From Mobula hypostoma (Eukaryota): a stretch of 64,000 nucleotides of DNA. The stretch covers positions 18,414,001 through 18,478,000 of the forward strand of contig NC_086108.1 in NCBI RefSeq assembly GCF_963921235.1. Direction: 5' to 3'. Each line of letters opens with the position of its first letter. Position 1 is the first letter of the stretch. Made by a program: the position numbers and the translations under genes. Under the pieces are notes generated by a model. The model saw only the letters and a list, made by a program, of their open reading frames with translations. It did not search any database and was not told the origin of the DNA. Positions 9,580-20,656 of the stretch are shown here, piece by piece.

Positions 9580-12415
9580 TCATAAGGAATAGGGAATAAG
9601 GTGGATCTTGTCGTACAGCTACAGATTGGCAGGTATGATATTGTGGCCATCACTGAGACATGGCTAAAGGATGCATATCTCTGGGAGCTGAACGTCCAAG
9701 GATACATGGTGTATCAGAAGGATAGGAAGGTAGGCAGAGGGGGAGGCGTGGCTTTATTGGTAAGAAATGATATTAAATCATTAGAAAGAGGTGATATAGG
9801 ATTGGAAGGTGCAGAATCTTTATGGGTTGAGAGAAGAAATTGCAAGGGTAAAAGGGCCCTGATGGCAGTTATTTATAGGCCTCCAAACAGCTGCAGGGAT
9901 GTGGACTACAAATTACAACAGGAAATAGAAAAGGCTTGTCAGTAGGGCAGTGTTATAATAATTGTGGGGGATTTTAACATGCGAGTGGATTGGGAAAATC
10001 AGGTTGGCACTGGATCCCAAGAGAGAGAATTTGTAAAATGTCTGCAAGATGGCCTTTCAGAACAGCTTGTTGTTGAGCCCACTAGGGGATCGGCTGTACT
10101 GGATTGGGTATTGTGTAATGAACTGGAGGTGATTAGAGAGATTGAGGTGAAGGATCCCTTAGGAGACAGTGATCATAACATGATTGAGTTCACTGTGAAA
10201 TTAGAAAAAGAGAAGCTGAAATCTGATGTGTCGGTATTTCAGTGGAGTAAAGGAAATTACAGTGGCATGAGAGAGCAACTGGCCAAAGTTGACTGGAAAG
10301 GGACACTGGCGGGAAAGACGGAAGAGCAGCAATGGCTGGAGTTTATGCGAGAAGTGAGGAAGGTGCAAGACAGGTATATTCCATAAAAGAAGAAATTTTC
10401 GAATGGAAAAAGGATGCAACCGTGGTTGACAAGAGAAGTCAAAGTCAAAGATAAAGCAAAGGAGAGGGCATACAAGGAAGCAAAAATTAGTGGGAAGACA
10501 GAGGATTGGGAAGTTTTTAAAAGCTTACAAAAGGAAACTAAGAAGGTCATTAAGAGGGAAAAGATTAACTACGAAAGGAAACTAGCAAATAATATCAAAG
10601 AGGATACTAAAAGCTTATTCAAGTAAAAAAAGAGTAAAAGACAGGTGAGAGTAGATATAGGACCGACAGAAAATGATGCTGGAGAAATTGTAATGGGAGA
10701 TAAGGAGATGGCGGAGGAACTGAACGAGTATTTTGCATCAGTCTTCACTGAGAAAGATATCAGCAGTATACCGGACAGTCAAGGGTGGCAGGGAAGAGAA
10801 GTGTGCGCAGTCACAATTACAACAGAGAAAGTACTCAGGAAGCTGAATAGTCTAAAGATAGATAAATCTCCCGGACCAGATGGAATGCACCCGCGTGTTC
10901 TGAAAGAAGTAGCTGTGGAGATTGCGGAGACATTAGTGATGATCTTTCAAAAGTCGATAGATTCTGGCATGGTTCCGGAGGACTGGAAGATTGAAGATGT
11001 CACTCCGCTATTTAAGAAGGGGGCAAGGAAGCAAAAAGGAAATTATAGACCTGTTAGCTTGACATCGGTGGTTGGGAAGTTGTTGGATTCGATTGTCAAG
11101 GATGAGGTTACAGAGTACCTGGAGGCATATGACAAGATAGGCAGAACTCAGCATGGATTCCTTAAAGGAAAATCCTGCCTGACAAACCTATGACAATTTT
11201 TTGAGGAAATTACCAGTAGGCTAGTCAAGGGAGATGCGGTGGATGTTGTATATTTGGATTTTCAGAAGGCCTTTGACAAGGTGCCACACATGAGGCTACT
11301 TAACAAGATAAGAGCCCATGGAAATATGGGAAAGTTACATACGTGGATAGAGCGTTGGCTGATTGGCAGGAAACAGAGAGTGGGAATAAAGGGATCCTAT
11401 TCTGGTTGGCTGCCGATTACCAGTGGTGTTCCACAGGGTCCGTGTTGGGGCCGCTTCTTTTTAAATTGTACATCAATGATTTGGATTATGGAATAGATGG
11501 CTTTGTGGCTAAGTTTGCTGATGATACGAAGATAGGGGCCAGTAGTGCTGAGGAAACGGAGAGTCTGCAGAGAGACTTGGATAGATTGGAAGAACGGGCA
11601 AAGAAGTGGTAAATGAAATACAATGTTGGAAAGTGTATGGTTATGCACTTTGGCAGAAGAAATAAACGGGCAGACTATTATTTAAATGGGGAAAGAGTTC
11701 AAAGTTCTGAGATGCAACGGGACTTGGGAGTCCTCGTACAGGATACTCTTAAGGTTAACCTGCAGGTTGAGTCTGTGGTGAAGAAGGCAAATGCAATGTT
11801 GGCATTCATTTCTAGAGGAATAGAGTATAGGAGCAGGGATGTGATGTTGAGGCCCTATAAGGCACTGGTGAGACCTCACTTGGAGTACTGTGGGCAGTTT
11901 TGGTCTCCTTATTTAAGAAAGAATGTGCTGACGTTGGAGAGGGTACAGAGAAGATTCACTAGAATGATTCGGGGAATAAGAGGGTTAACATATGAGGAAC
12001 GTTTGTCTGCTCTTGGACTGTATTCCTTGGAGTTTAGAAGAATGAGGGGAGACCTCATAGAAACATTTCGAATGTTGAAAGGCATGGACAGAGAGGGTGT
12101 GTCAAAGTTGTTTCCCATGATGGGGGAGTCTAGTACGAGAGGGCATGACTTAAGGATTGAAGGGCGCCCATTCAGAACAGAGATGCGAAGAAATGTTTTT
12201 AGTCAGAGGGTGGTGAATCTATGGATTTTGTTGCCACGGGCAGCGGTGGAGGCCAAGTCATTGGGTGTATTTAAGGCACAGATTGATAGGTATCTGAGTA
12301 GCCAGGGCATCAAAGGTTATGGTGAGAAGGCGGGGGAGTGGGACTAAATGGGAGAATGAATCAGCTCATGATAAAATGGCAGAGCAGACTCGATGGCTTC
12401 TTTGTCTTATGGTCT
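9580..12415 (+). mobile_element. CR1 LINE, nearly complete ORF2 (APE + RT) with 3' UTR, disrupted
   Basis: VAITETWL, GGGVALLV, YRPP, GDFN, SDHN (APE); SPGPDG, NYRPVSLTS, QHGF, YLDFQKAFDKVPH, FADD, RPHLEYC, ERVQRRFTRMI. Several stops and frameshifts; inserted into an older minus-strand CR1 tail (9445-9575 / 12416-12530). Confidence 0.95.
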
Positions 12416-12809
12416 AAATGTTGTTCTTGTATCTGGCCCAACCACATCCCCTGGTAGTTCATTGATCACCCCACTCACCTCTGGGTGAAAAAGTTGCCCT
12501 TCAGGTTCCTATTAAATCTCTATCCCCTCTCTTCGATGTGATAAAATGATCTGGCATGCAAAGCAGTTTTTCATTATACTTCTGTACATGTGATATGAAC
12601 AATATTAATAGCAATGAATTTTACCTTCCTCTTCCTTAATTGATGAAGCATTCAGTGAGGAGAGCAGCAAATTTAAAGGAAGAGTGGGCTACTACTCAAA
12701 GATGAATAAACTTAGCCAGGGCCAGACCAAGAGACTTGAGATTATCATATTTGCATAGCTAAGAGTGGCTACCACTCCAAATGTGTGCCATATATCTATT
12801 CAAATACAT

Positions 12810-14235
12810 AAGAGATGTTGGAAATCCAGGGTAGCATACACAAGACGCTGGAGGAACTCACCAGGTCAGGCTGTATTAACCAAGAGGAATTAAGAATCAA
12901 CATTTCAGCAGAGACCCTTCATTGGGACTGGAAAGGAAGGGAGAAGAAGCTAGAATAAGAATTGGGTGTGGGATGAGTGGAAGGTGATAGGTGAAGCCAG
13001 ATGAGGAGGAAGGTCAGTGAGTTGAGGAGGAAGGATAAAGTTAGAAGCATGGAAGTGATAGGTGTAAGAGGTAAAATGCTGAAGAAAAAGCAATCTGACA
13101 GGAGATTAATGTGGACTACAGGAGAAATGGAGGGAGAGGGACACAGGGGTTGGGGTTGGGGTTGGGGTTGGGGTTGGGGTGGGTTGGGGTTGGGGTGGGT
13201 TGGGGTTGGGGTTGGGGTGGGGTGGGGTGGGGTGGGGTGGGGGGGGGAACAGCTGATAGACAGGTGAAGGGAGGAGAAGGGGTAATACAGGAGCCAGAAT
13301 AGTGAATGGAGAAGCAAAGAAAGGGAGGGGAAGAAAGGTTACAGGAAGAAGGAGAAATCAATATTTATGCCATCAGTTTCGAGTCTACCTAACCTCATAT
13401 ATGGTGTTACTCCCCCAACCTGAGAGTGGCCTCATCATGACAGCAGAGGAGGCCATGGACTGACGTTGGAATTGGACTGAGCAGTTGAATTAAAATAGTT
13501 AGCCACCAGGAAATCCTGCCAGTTGCAGATGGAGTAAAGATGCTCAACAAAGTGGTACCCTGATCTACACTGGGTCTCATCAATATGGAGCAGGCTGCAC
13601 TGAGAACACAGGGTACAATAGATAACTCCAACAGACTTGCAGGTGAAGTATTGCCTCACATAGAAGGATGGTTTGGGGTCCTGAATGTTGGGGAGGGAGG
13701 AGGTGAATGGACAGTTGTGCACTTGTTCCACTTTGCAGGGATAAGTGCCAGGAGGGGAGTCAATGGGGAAGGACAGAGGATGTGATTCCTGTGGAAAACA
13801 GAGATGTACTTGATGGTCAAATCCCATTGAAGATGGTGGAAGTTGTGTGGAATATTGTGCTGGATGTGGAAGCTCATGGGGACAAGGTGCGGACAAGAGG
13901 AAATCTATCCCTGTTAAGGCAGTTGGAGATGAGAAAGGGAAGAGATGTGGGTGAGGGCACCATCAATGGTAGAGGAAGGGAACCCCAATTTTTAAGAAGG
14001 TGGGCACCTCAAATGTTTTCAAAAGGAAAGCTTCATCCTAAGACCAGATGCTGCAGTAACAGAGGCACTGAGAAAAGGGAACAGCATTTTTACAAGTGAC
14101 AGGATGGGATGAGGTATAGTCAAGATAGCTGTAGGAGTCAATAGATTTATAAGAGGTAGAGAGTCTGTCTCCGGAGATTGATACAGAGAGAATGAGAAAG
14201 GTGAGAGAGGTGTCAGAAATGGACCAAATGAATTT
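12810..14235 (-). mobile_element. Penelope-like element (GIY-YIG endonuclease end plus pLTR), decayed
   Basis: ORF 13435-13896 reads PGTYPC..CP..FTCKSVGVIYCTLCSQCSLLHIDET..EHL..VANYFNS, the GIY-YIG pattern with a Cys-rich linker; pLTR-like end at 12810-12930. Confidence 0.85.
13146..13247 (+). repeat. (GGGGTT)n / (GGGGT)n G-rich microsatellite
   Basis: Direct reading: GGGGTT units grading into GGGGT units and poly-G. Confidence 0.95.
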
Positions 14236-14807
14236 AAAGTGGATTTGTCTTAATGACCACCATCCAAAGGCACTGACCTCAACAATAATGAAGACCTTTC
14301 AGTGGCTGGTCATGGGTCATATTAAATCCTATCTTCCATTGGGCCCTTTCCAGTCTGATTATTACTCAAATTGGTTCACTGACAATGCCATTGCCTCTGC
14401 CCTCCATTCTATTCTGTCCCATCCAGAAAATGATTCCTCATATACCAGATCGCTGTTTGTCGACCAGCGTGGTGTTTAGTACAATCTCAGCACAGACTAG
14501 AAGGGCCGAGATGGCCTGTTTCCGTGCTGTAATTGTTATATCCCTCAGAAGCTGGGTAAACTATCCTCTTTGGGTCTCAAAATCTCTCTCTGTAAATGGA
14601 TCTTTGACAGAAAAACCACAGTCAGTCCATGATGGCAGAAACATTTTTAGGTCCATCAAGCTGAGCACTGGCAACCCCAGGGCTGTATACTCGGCCCGCT
14701 TCTGTTCACACTGCTGACACATGACTGTTCTGCTAGATCTAGCTCAAACCAAATTATTAAGTTCGCTGATGACACAAGAAAGATTGACCTTATCAACAAC
14801 AATGAGA

Positions 14808-16155
14808 GGGAACGTGATGATGGTAAGGACAATATGAGTGAGGTTGATGTTCTGGAGCATGTTGATATTAAGGGAGAGGAGGTGTTGGAGTTGCTAGCAT
14901 ACATTAGGACGGATAAGTCCCCGGGGCCTGACGGAATATTCCCCAGGCTGCTCCACGAGGTGAGGGAAGAGATTGCTGAGCCTCTGGCTAGGATGTTTAT
15001 GTTCTCGTTGTCCACGGGAATGGTACCAGAGGATTGGAGGGAGGCGAATGTTGTCCCCTTGTTCAAAATGGCAGGAGACTTGGAGGAGCAGAGGGATCTG
15101 GGGTTACATGTCCACAGATCCCTGAAAGTTGCCTCACAGGTAGATAGGGTAGTTAAGAAAGCTTATGGGGTGTTAGCTTTCATAAGTCGAGGGATAGAGT
15201 TTTAGAGTTTAATGATGCAGCTCTATAAAACTCTGGTCAGGCCACACTTGGAGTACTGTGTCCAGTTCTGGTCGCCTCACTATAGGAAGGATGTGGAAGC
15301 ATTGGAAAGGGTGCAGAGGAGATTTACCAGGATGCTGCCTGGTTTAGAGAGTATGCATTATGATCAGAGTTTAAGGGAGCTAGGGCTTTACTCTTTGGAG
15401 AGAAGGAGGATGAGAGGAGACATGATAGAGGTGTACAAGATAATAAGAGGAATAGATAGCACACATCAAAAGTGCTGGTGAACGCAGCAGGCCAGGCAAC
15501 ATCTATAGGAAGAGGTGCAGTCGACGTTTCAGGCCGAGACTCTTCGTCAGGACTAACTGAAGGAAGAGTGAGTAAGGGATTTGAAAGTTGGAGGGGGATG
15601 GGGAGATCCAAAATGATAGGAGAAGACAGGAGGGGGAGGGATAGAGCCAAGAGCTGGACAGGTGATAGGCAAAAGGGGATACGAGAAGATTCCTGTCGAA
15701 GGGTCTCGGCCTGAAACGTCGACTGCACCTCTTCCTACAGATGCTGCTTGGCCTGCTGCGTTCACCAGCACTTTTGATGTGTGTTGCTTGAATTTCCAGC
15801 ATCTGCAGAATTCCTGTTGTTCAAGAGGAATAGATAGAGTGGATAGCTGGCGCCTCTTCCCCAGGGCACCACTGCTCAATACAAGAGGACATGACTTTAA
15901 GGTAAGGGTTGGGAAGTACAAGGGGGATATTAGAGGAAGGTTTTTTACCCAGAGAGTGGTTGGTGCGTGGAATGCACTGCCTGAGTCAGTGGTGGAGGCA
16001 GATACACTAGTGAAGTTTAAGAGACTACTAGGCAGGTATATGGAGGAATTTAAGGTGGGGGGTTATATGGGAGGCAAGTTGTGAGGGTCGGCATAACATT
16101 GTGGGCCGTAGGGCCTGTACTGTGCTGTACTTTTCTATGTTTTCTATGTTTCTAT
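14808..16155 (+). mobile_element. CR1 LINE with internal deletion of the RT core
   Basis: DKSPGPDG..PEDWREANVVPLFK joined directly to EEQRDLG..RPHLEYC; (TTCTATGT)n tail; ATGAGA on both sides (14802-14807 / 16156-16161). Confidence 0.88.
15460..15822. mobile_element. Penelope pseudo-LTR insert with inverted arrangement
   Basis: 15-bp TSD AAGAGGAATAGATAG (15445-15459 / 15823-15837); 15460-15553 is the reverse complement of about 15691-15783; both arms carry hammerhead-type cores. Confidence 0.88.
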
Positions 16156-18129
16156 GATGAGATGGTGTACAGCAAGGAGGTAGAGCAGCTTATTGAGTGG
16201 TGCAAACAGTTTGACCCTCAACGTGGACAAAACTAAAGAGATGATTATGGACTGTAGGAGGGTGCAGGCTGACCACTCCTCACAGCACATGAATGTCTCC
16301 TCCATGAAGAGAGTTAGGATCACCTAGTTTCTTGAAGTACACATAACGGACAATCTCACCACCTCGTTAGTCAAGAAAGTACAGCAGCGTCTCCACTTCC
16401 TGAGGAGATTGAGGTGAACTTGGCTCCCCCCACCCCCACCCCCCCAACCAACCTTAGCCTAACCAATTTTTAGAGGAGCACCATTGAGAGTGCCCCAACC
16501 AGTTGCATCACTGTCCGGTACGAGAATTGCAAGACATCTAACTGTTAAGACCTGACAAAGCATTGCAAGCACTGCTAAGAGGATTATCAAGGTCCCTCTT
16601 CCACCCACCTGAGATATTTATCAGGAGCACTGTTTATACAAAGCCCTTAGACTTGTCAAGGATCACTTACATCCATCCCATAATTTCTTTGACCCCCACC
16701 CCACTATCAGGCAGGAGGTACCATAACATTAGAACAAGGACTGTTAGGATGGGAAATATCTTCTGCCCAGGCTGTGAGACTACTGAACACCCAAGTTTGT
16801 CCCATGTGAAGCACCGGTAGCATTATACTGCTTACTTTTTAAAATGTGTCATGAAAGCTTCTTATGCTAAGTGTCAGTCTTCATGAATATATTTTAGTAT
16901 TTGTTAATTCACTTATGGTAATATTACTTTGTGTTGTGGGTGAGTTGTATGTGCTGCCTTGTGCTCCTTGGTCCAGAGGAATATTGTTTTCTTTGGCTGT
17001 ATACATGTGTACGATTGAATGATGATAAACCTGAACTGGAAATTGAGCTTGAACCTGAACTTAAATGCAGGGTGGAAACTGGAGACAAAGTTGTTGAAAT
17101 TTACAAGCTCAGCTTACATACTGACCTACTTAAGACCTTTGAGGTAATTTTTCGTATTGCACTTTGCTGCTGCTGCAAAAAAAAATTCATGAGATATGTG
17201 AGTGATGATCTGGGTCTCTATTGTGGACTGAGATTGGGAAGGGGCCAGGGAGAGGGGAGTCGTGGTTTGGAAAAGGGGAAGGGAGAAGGGAGGGAGAAGG
17301 AAGCACCACAGAGACATTGAGACATTCTGTAATAATCAATAAACCAATTGTTTGGAATCAAAGGATCTTGCCTGGTGTCTCAGAGATCAGTGTATCTGCA
17401 CCCATGCAAATCCCCACCACAGGCACTCCTTCTCTGCCACCTGCCCTGCACCCCTCCCACAGTGCTCCACCCTCACCATTCTCTTTGCTCCCACCAGGTT
17501 TACAAACTCGCTTTTCTTTCCACGTTGACAAATACAGACCTGTGCAAAAGGCTTAGGCTTCTGAGCTATTTGTATCTAAGACATTTTGCACAGTACTATA
17601 GGTTCATGAAGCAACACAATGCAGTCTGCAATGTAATGCAGAAAGAGTTGGAGAGGATTATGAATGAAGGCTTGGAACATGGACTGTTCCACATAGCCAA
17701 TGAAAAGGTAGGCATAGCTAGGGTCTATGCTAGGGGCATAGCTAGGGTTTAGTGAAAGTGGGAGGAGTCAAAAGAGAAATTGTTGAATATGAGGGCCATT
17801 TCCACCAGATGGAAGAGGGTGATGGGGGCAAGGAACTGGTTAGGTCTGTTGACTATTCAAATATCTTTTGTTATCAAGTTTGTGCAGTGAATAAATGAGC
17901 AGTGGGGAGGAAATATAAAGGGCAGAGCTTTTATAAAATAACATCTAAAAATTTGCCAGTACCAAAACGATTATATTTCTGAGGGATGAGAAGCTTTAAG
18001 TTATAAGAATTATTGACTGGAAACAGTCTATTCAGCCCACCATCTCCATTCTAACCGGTGGCCACCCATCTATACTAATCACATCTTCACAGCTTTGCCC
18101 ATAAGCCTTCTATCTTCCAAAGATGTGGC

Positions 18130-18960
18130 CTTCACAGGCTGAATTTATTGTTCATCCCAAATTCCCCTTGAGAAGGTGATAGTAACTAATGCAGGTGTGG
18201 GTACACCCACAATATTGTCAAGGAGTTCCAGCATTTTGACTCACTCAGTGAGGGAGCAGTGATATATTTCCAAGTGGTTATGGTGTGTGACTTGGAAGGC
18301 AACTTCAAGGTGATGGTGTTCCCTATGCTTTTGGTGCCCTTGCCCTTCCAGCTGGTAGAGGTCATGGGTTATGAAGGTGCTATCTAAGGAGTCGTAGTGA
18401 TTGGTTGCAATCGATCCTGCAGATGCTACAGATGTTGTGCATCAGTAGTGGAGAGTGTGAACGGTTGTAGACAGGGTGCCTGTCAAGCAACATGCTGTGC
18501 CCTGTGAATGGTGCTGAGAGTTGTTAAACTGCACTTATCCAAACAAGTGGAGAGTATTCCATCACAATGTTAGATTTAGGGAGTTAGTAGGTAAGTTCTC
18601 ATCACAGCATTCTGACCCTCTAATTTGCTCTTGTAGCCATATTGTGTTTATAGGTAGTCCAATTCAGTTTCACTGCCCTAAACACCAGCAGCATAACAGG
18701 CAGTTTCTGGTTAATCGTAACCCCAGGATATTTTTAGTGGGGGTTCCATTGACTGTCAGGGGGGTGGTAGTAGCCAAATTTTCTCTTTTTGAATACCACC
18801 GTTGCCTCAGCCTATCAGCCCAGTCCTCCATATTGTCCAGAAATTATTGCATTTGGATGTCACTGTTTCATTATCTGAGGAGTCATTGTGCAATAATTAC
18901 CAGGCATTCCTGCTTTTGACCTTGCAGTTGAAGGAAGGCGATTGATGTAGCTGAGGCTGT
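18130..18960 (-). mobile_element. Old CR1/L2-superfamily LINE 3' portion
   Basis: Shares TTTATTG..CATCCC..CCCTTGAGAAGGTG end and internal motifs with 25420-25840 and, in the opposite orientation, 27850-28110 and 38620-38860; heavily decayed. Confidence 0.55.
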
Positions 18961-20656
18961 AATGAGGTCAGGGCAGAACCCAAAGTGAGCTTCTGTGAGA
19001 TTTTATAGATCTATCTACGAGTTGTTATTGAATCTAATAGTGTGGGACTGCAGGCTTCAGTACCTCCTACCCAATGGTGAAAAGATAGCATGGTCCAGAT
19101 GGTGGTGACCTTTGATGAATAATGCTGCCTTATTGAGATAGCACTTCATGTAGGTACTACCATTAATAGGGAGTGATTATTGGGCTGAGTCCACTGCAGT
19201 TTCTTGCATTCCTGTACATTTGAATTGGTGTGCCAACCATGTTGCAGCCATTCAGAATACAATCTCTATAGTACATCTGTAGAACTTTGTTGCACGTTCA
19301 GTGAAAAACAGAACTTTCAAAAGTAATGATGCTGGTGCATCTTCCTTGTTTAAAGATTAAGTAATAGATTGATGTATTAAATCTCACATGTGACAGGTGA
19401 GAGTGATTAACTGATATCCATAGATTATGCTCAGCATCTGCCTTCCCCATCACTGTCTTAATTGCAGTCAATCCTTGTTTGTGAAAGCTCAATTGAATTC
19501 CATCAGGCACACATGGCCTTCAGAGTCTCCTCTTCATTTTTCCCTATTCCACAGTGGGGGTCTGATCCCAGAACTGGTTGATGAAATGAACATATTCCAA
19601 ATCACCTGGTTTTAAAAGAAAGACCCCAGGGTTCTGGCTGCATCAAATCTACTGGGATCTGCAGGAAGATCACAAGCCAAGTGATCTGTGTCACATTTAC
19701 ATGCTTTTCTCACCAGTTTGACTGGAAGCTATGTCTAATCTTTCTGCTTTTCACTGGAGGCTGTCTCAAGCAGATATACTAGCAATCAGACATACCATAC
19801 CAGGCTGTTTCTTCTCCCCAGTAGAAAGGCACTGAGGCTGGTGGCATGTGGCTAGCATGGTGTGAAAGAGACCTTGCTTCCACTGGTAGCTCCTGGGAAA
19901 CTATGTCCAATTGGGTCATCTCTCAGTGAGGAATGCCAGGCTTGTTTGATGAAAGGTCATTCACCCGTAACCTTTCCCTCTCCACAGATGCTGCCTGGTT
20001 GACTAAGTATTTCCTGCCTTTACTGTTCTATTTCAGATCCCCAACCTCTACAGCAGTTTGGCTTTGGGTGAGTTGCTTGAAAAGAGTGTTCCACAGTCCC
20101 CGTCAGTATTTATCTCCGTAGACTGTATCCTAGGGCCAGACCTGCAGGTTAGAAGTCTCCACCTCCAATGGCCCACCGAAGCCATTCAACCTTGTAAAAG
20201 ACTGGTGCCTACCTAAACCCATTCACAAGCCGCAGGTTCCTGAAGCAACATCGAAAGTTGAACAGGAAGAGCTCCGGTGATTCAGAATACGGAAGCTGGC
20301 TATTCGCACCCTCCTCATACTCCCCTTCACTGAACACCCATCCTGGAACCCTTCCCCATATGGCTTCTCCTTAAACCCATCATTACTCTTCATCCTCACC
20401 ATGTTCCATATTCCCATATTGATGATTATCTCTATAGCTCTCCAACATTGGATTACTCACATCCAAAAGCCCAGCTCTTTCATCATCTTAAATACATCTA
20501 ATAATCTAATCTAATTTTAGCAGGGATAGAAGGGAAGATGGAATCTTTTTCCCTTGGCAGTAAGAGGGTGTAAGTTTAAGATAAGTTGGAGATTTAAAGG
20601 GAATCTCAGTGGGAAGATATAGAACATAGAATAGTACAGTACATAACAGGCCCTTC

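Larger units (their letters stand above)
14240..17060 (+). mobile_element. Rex1/Babar-like LINE (RT + 3' end), interrupted by CR1 insertions
   Basis: LNDHHPKALTSTIMK..DNAIASALH..SLFVD, IIKFADDT; resumes at about 16156 with LNVDKTKEMIMD, KKVQQRLHFLRRL, LSGRRY; TGAAC-type tail near 17030-17060. A short CR1 tail is inserted at about 14487-14540. Confidence 0.85.

Noticed and set aside
13146..13247. Interstitial telomere
   Set aside because: The unit is TTGGGG/TGGGG, not vertebrate TTAGGG, and it lies inside a TE.
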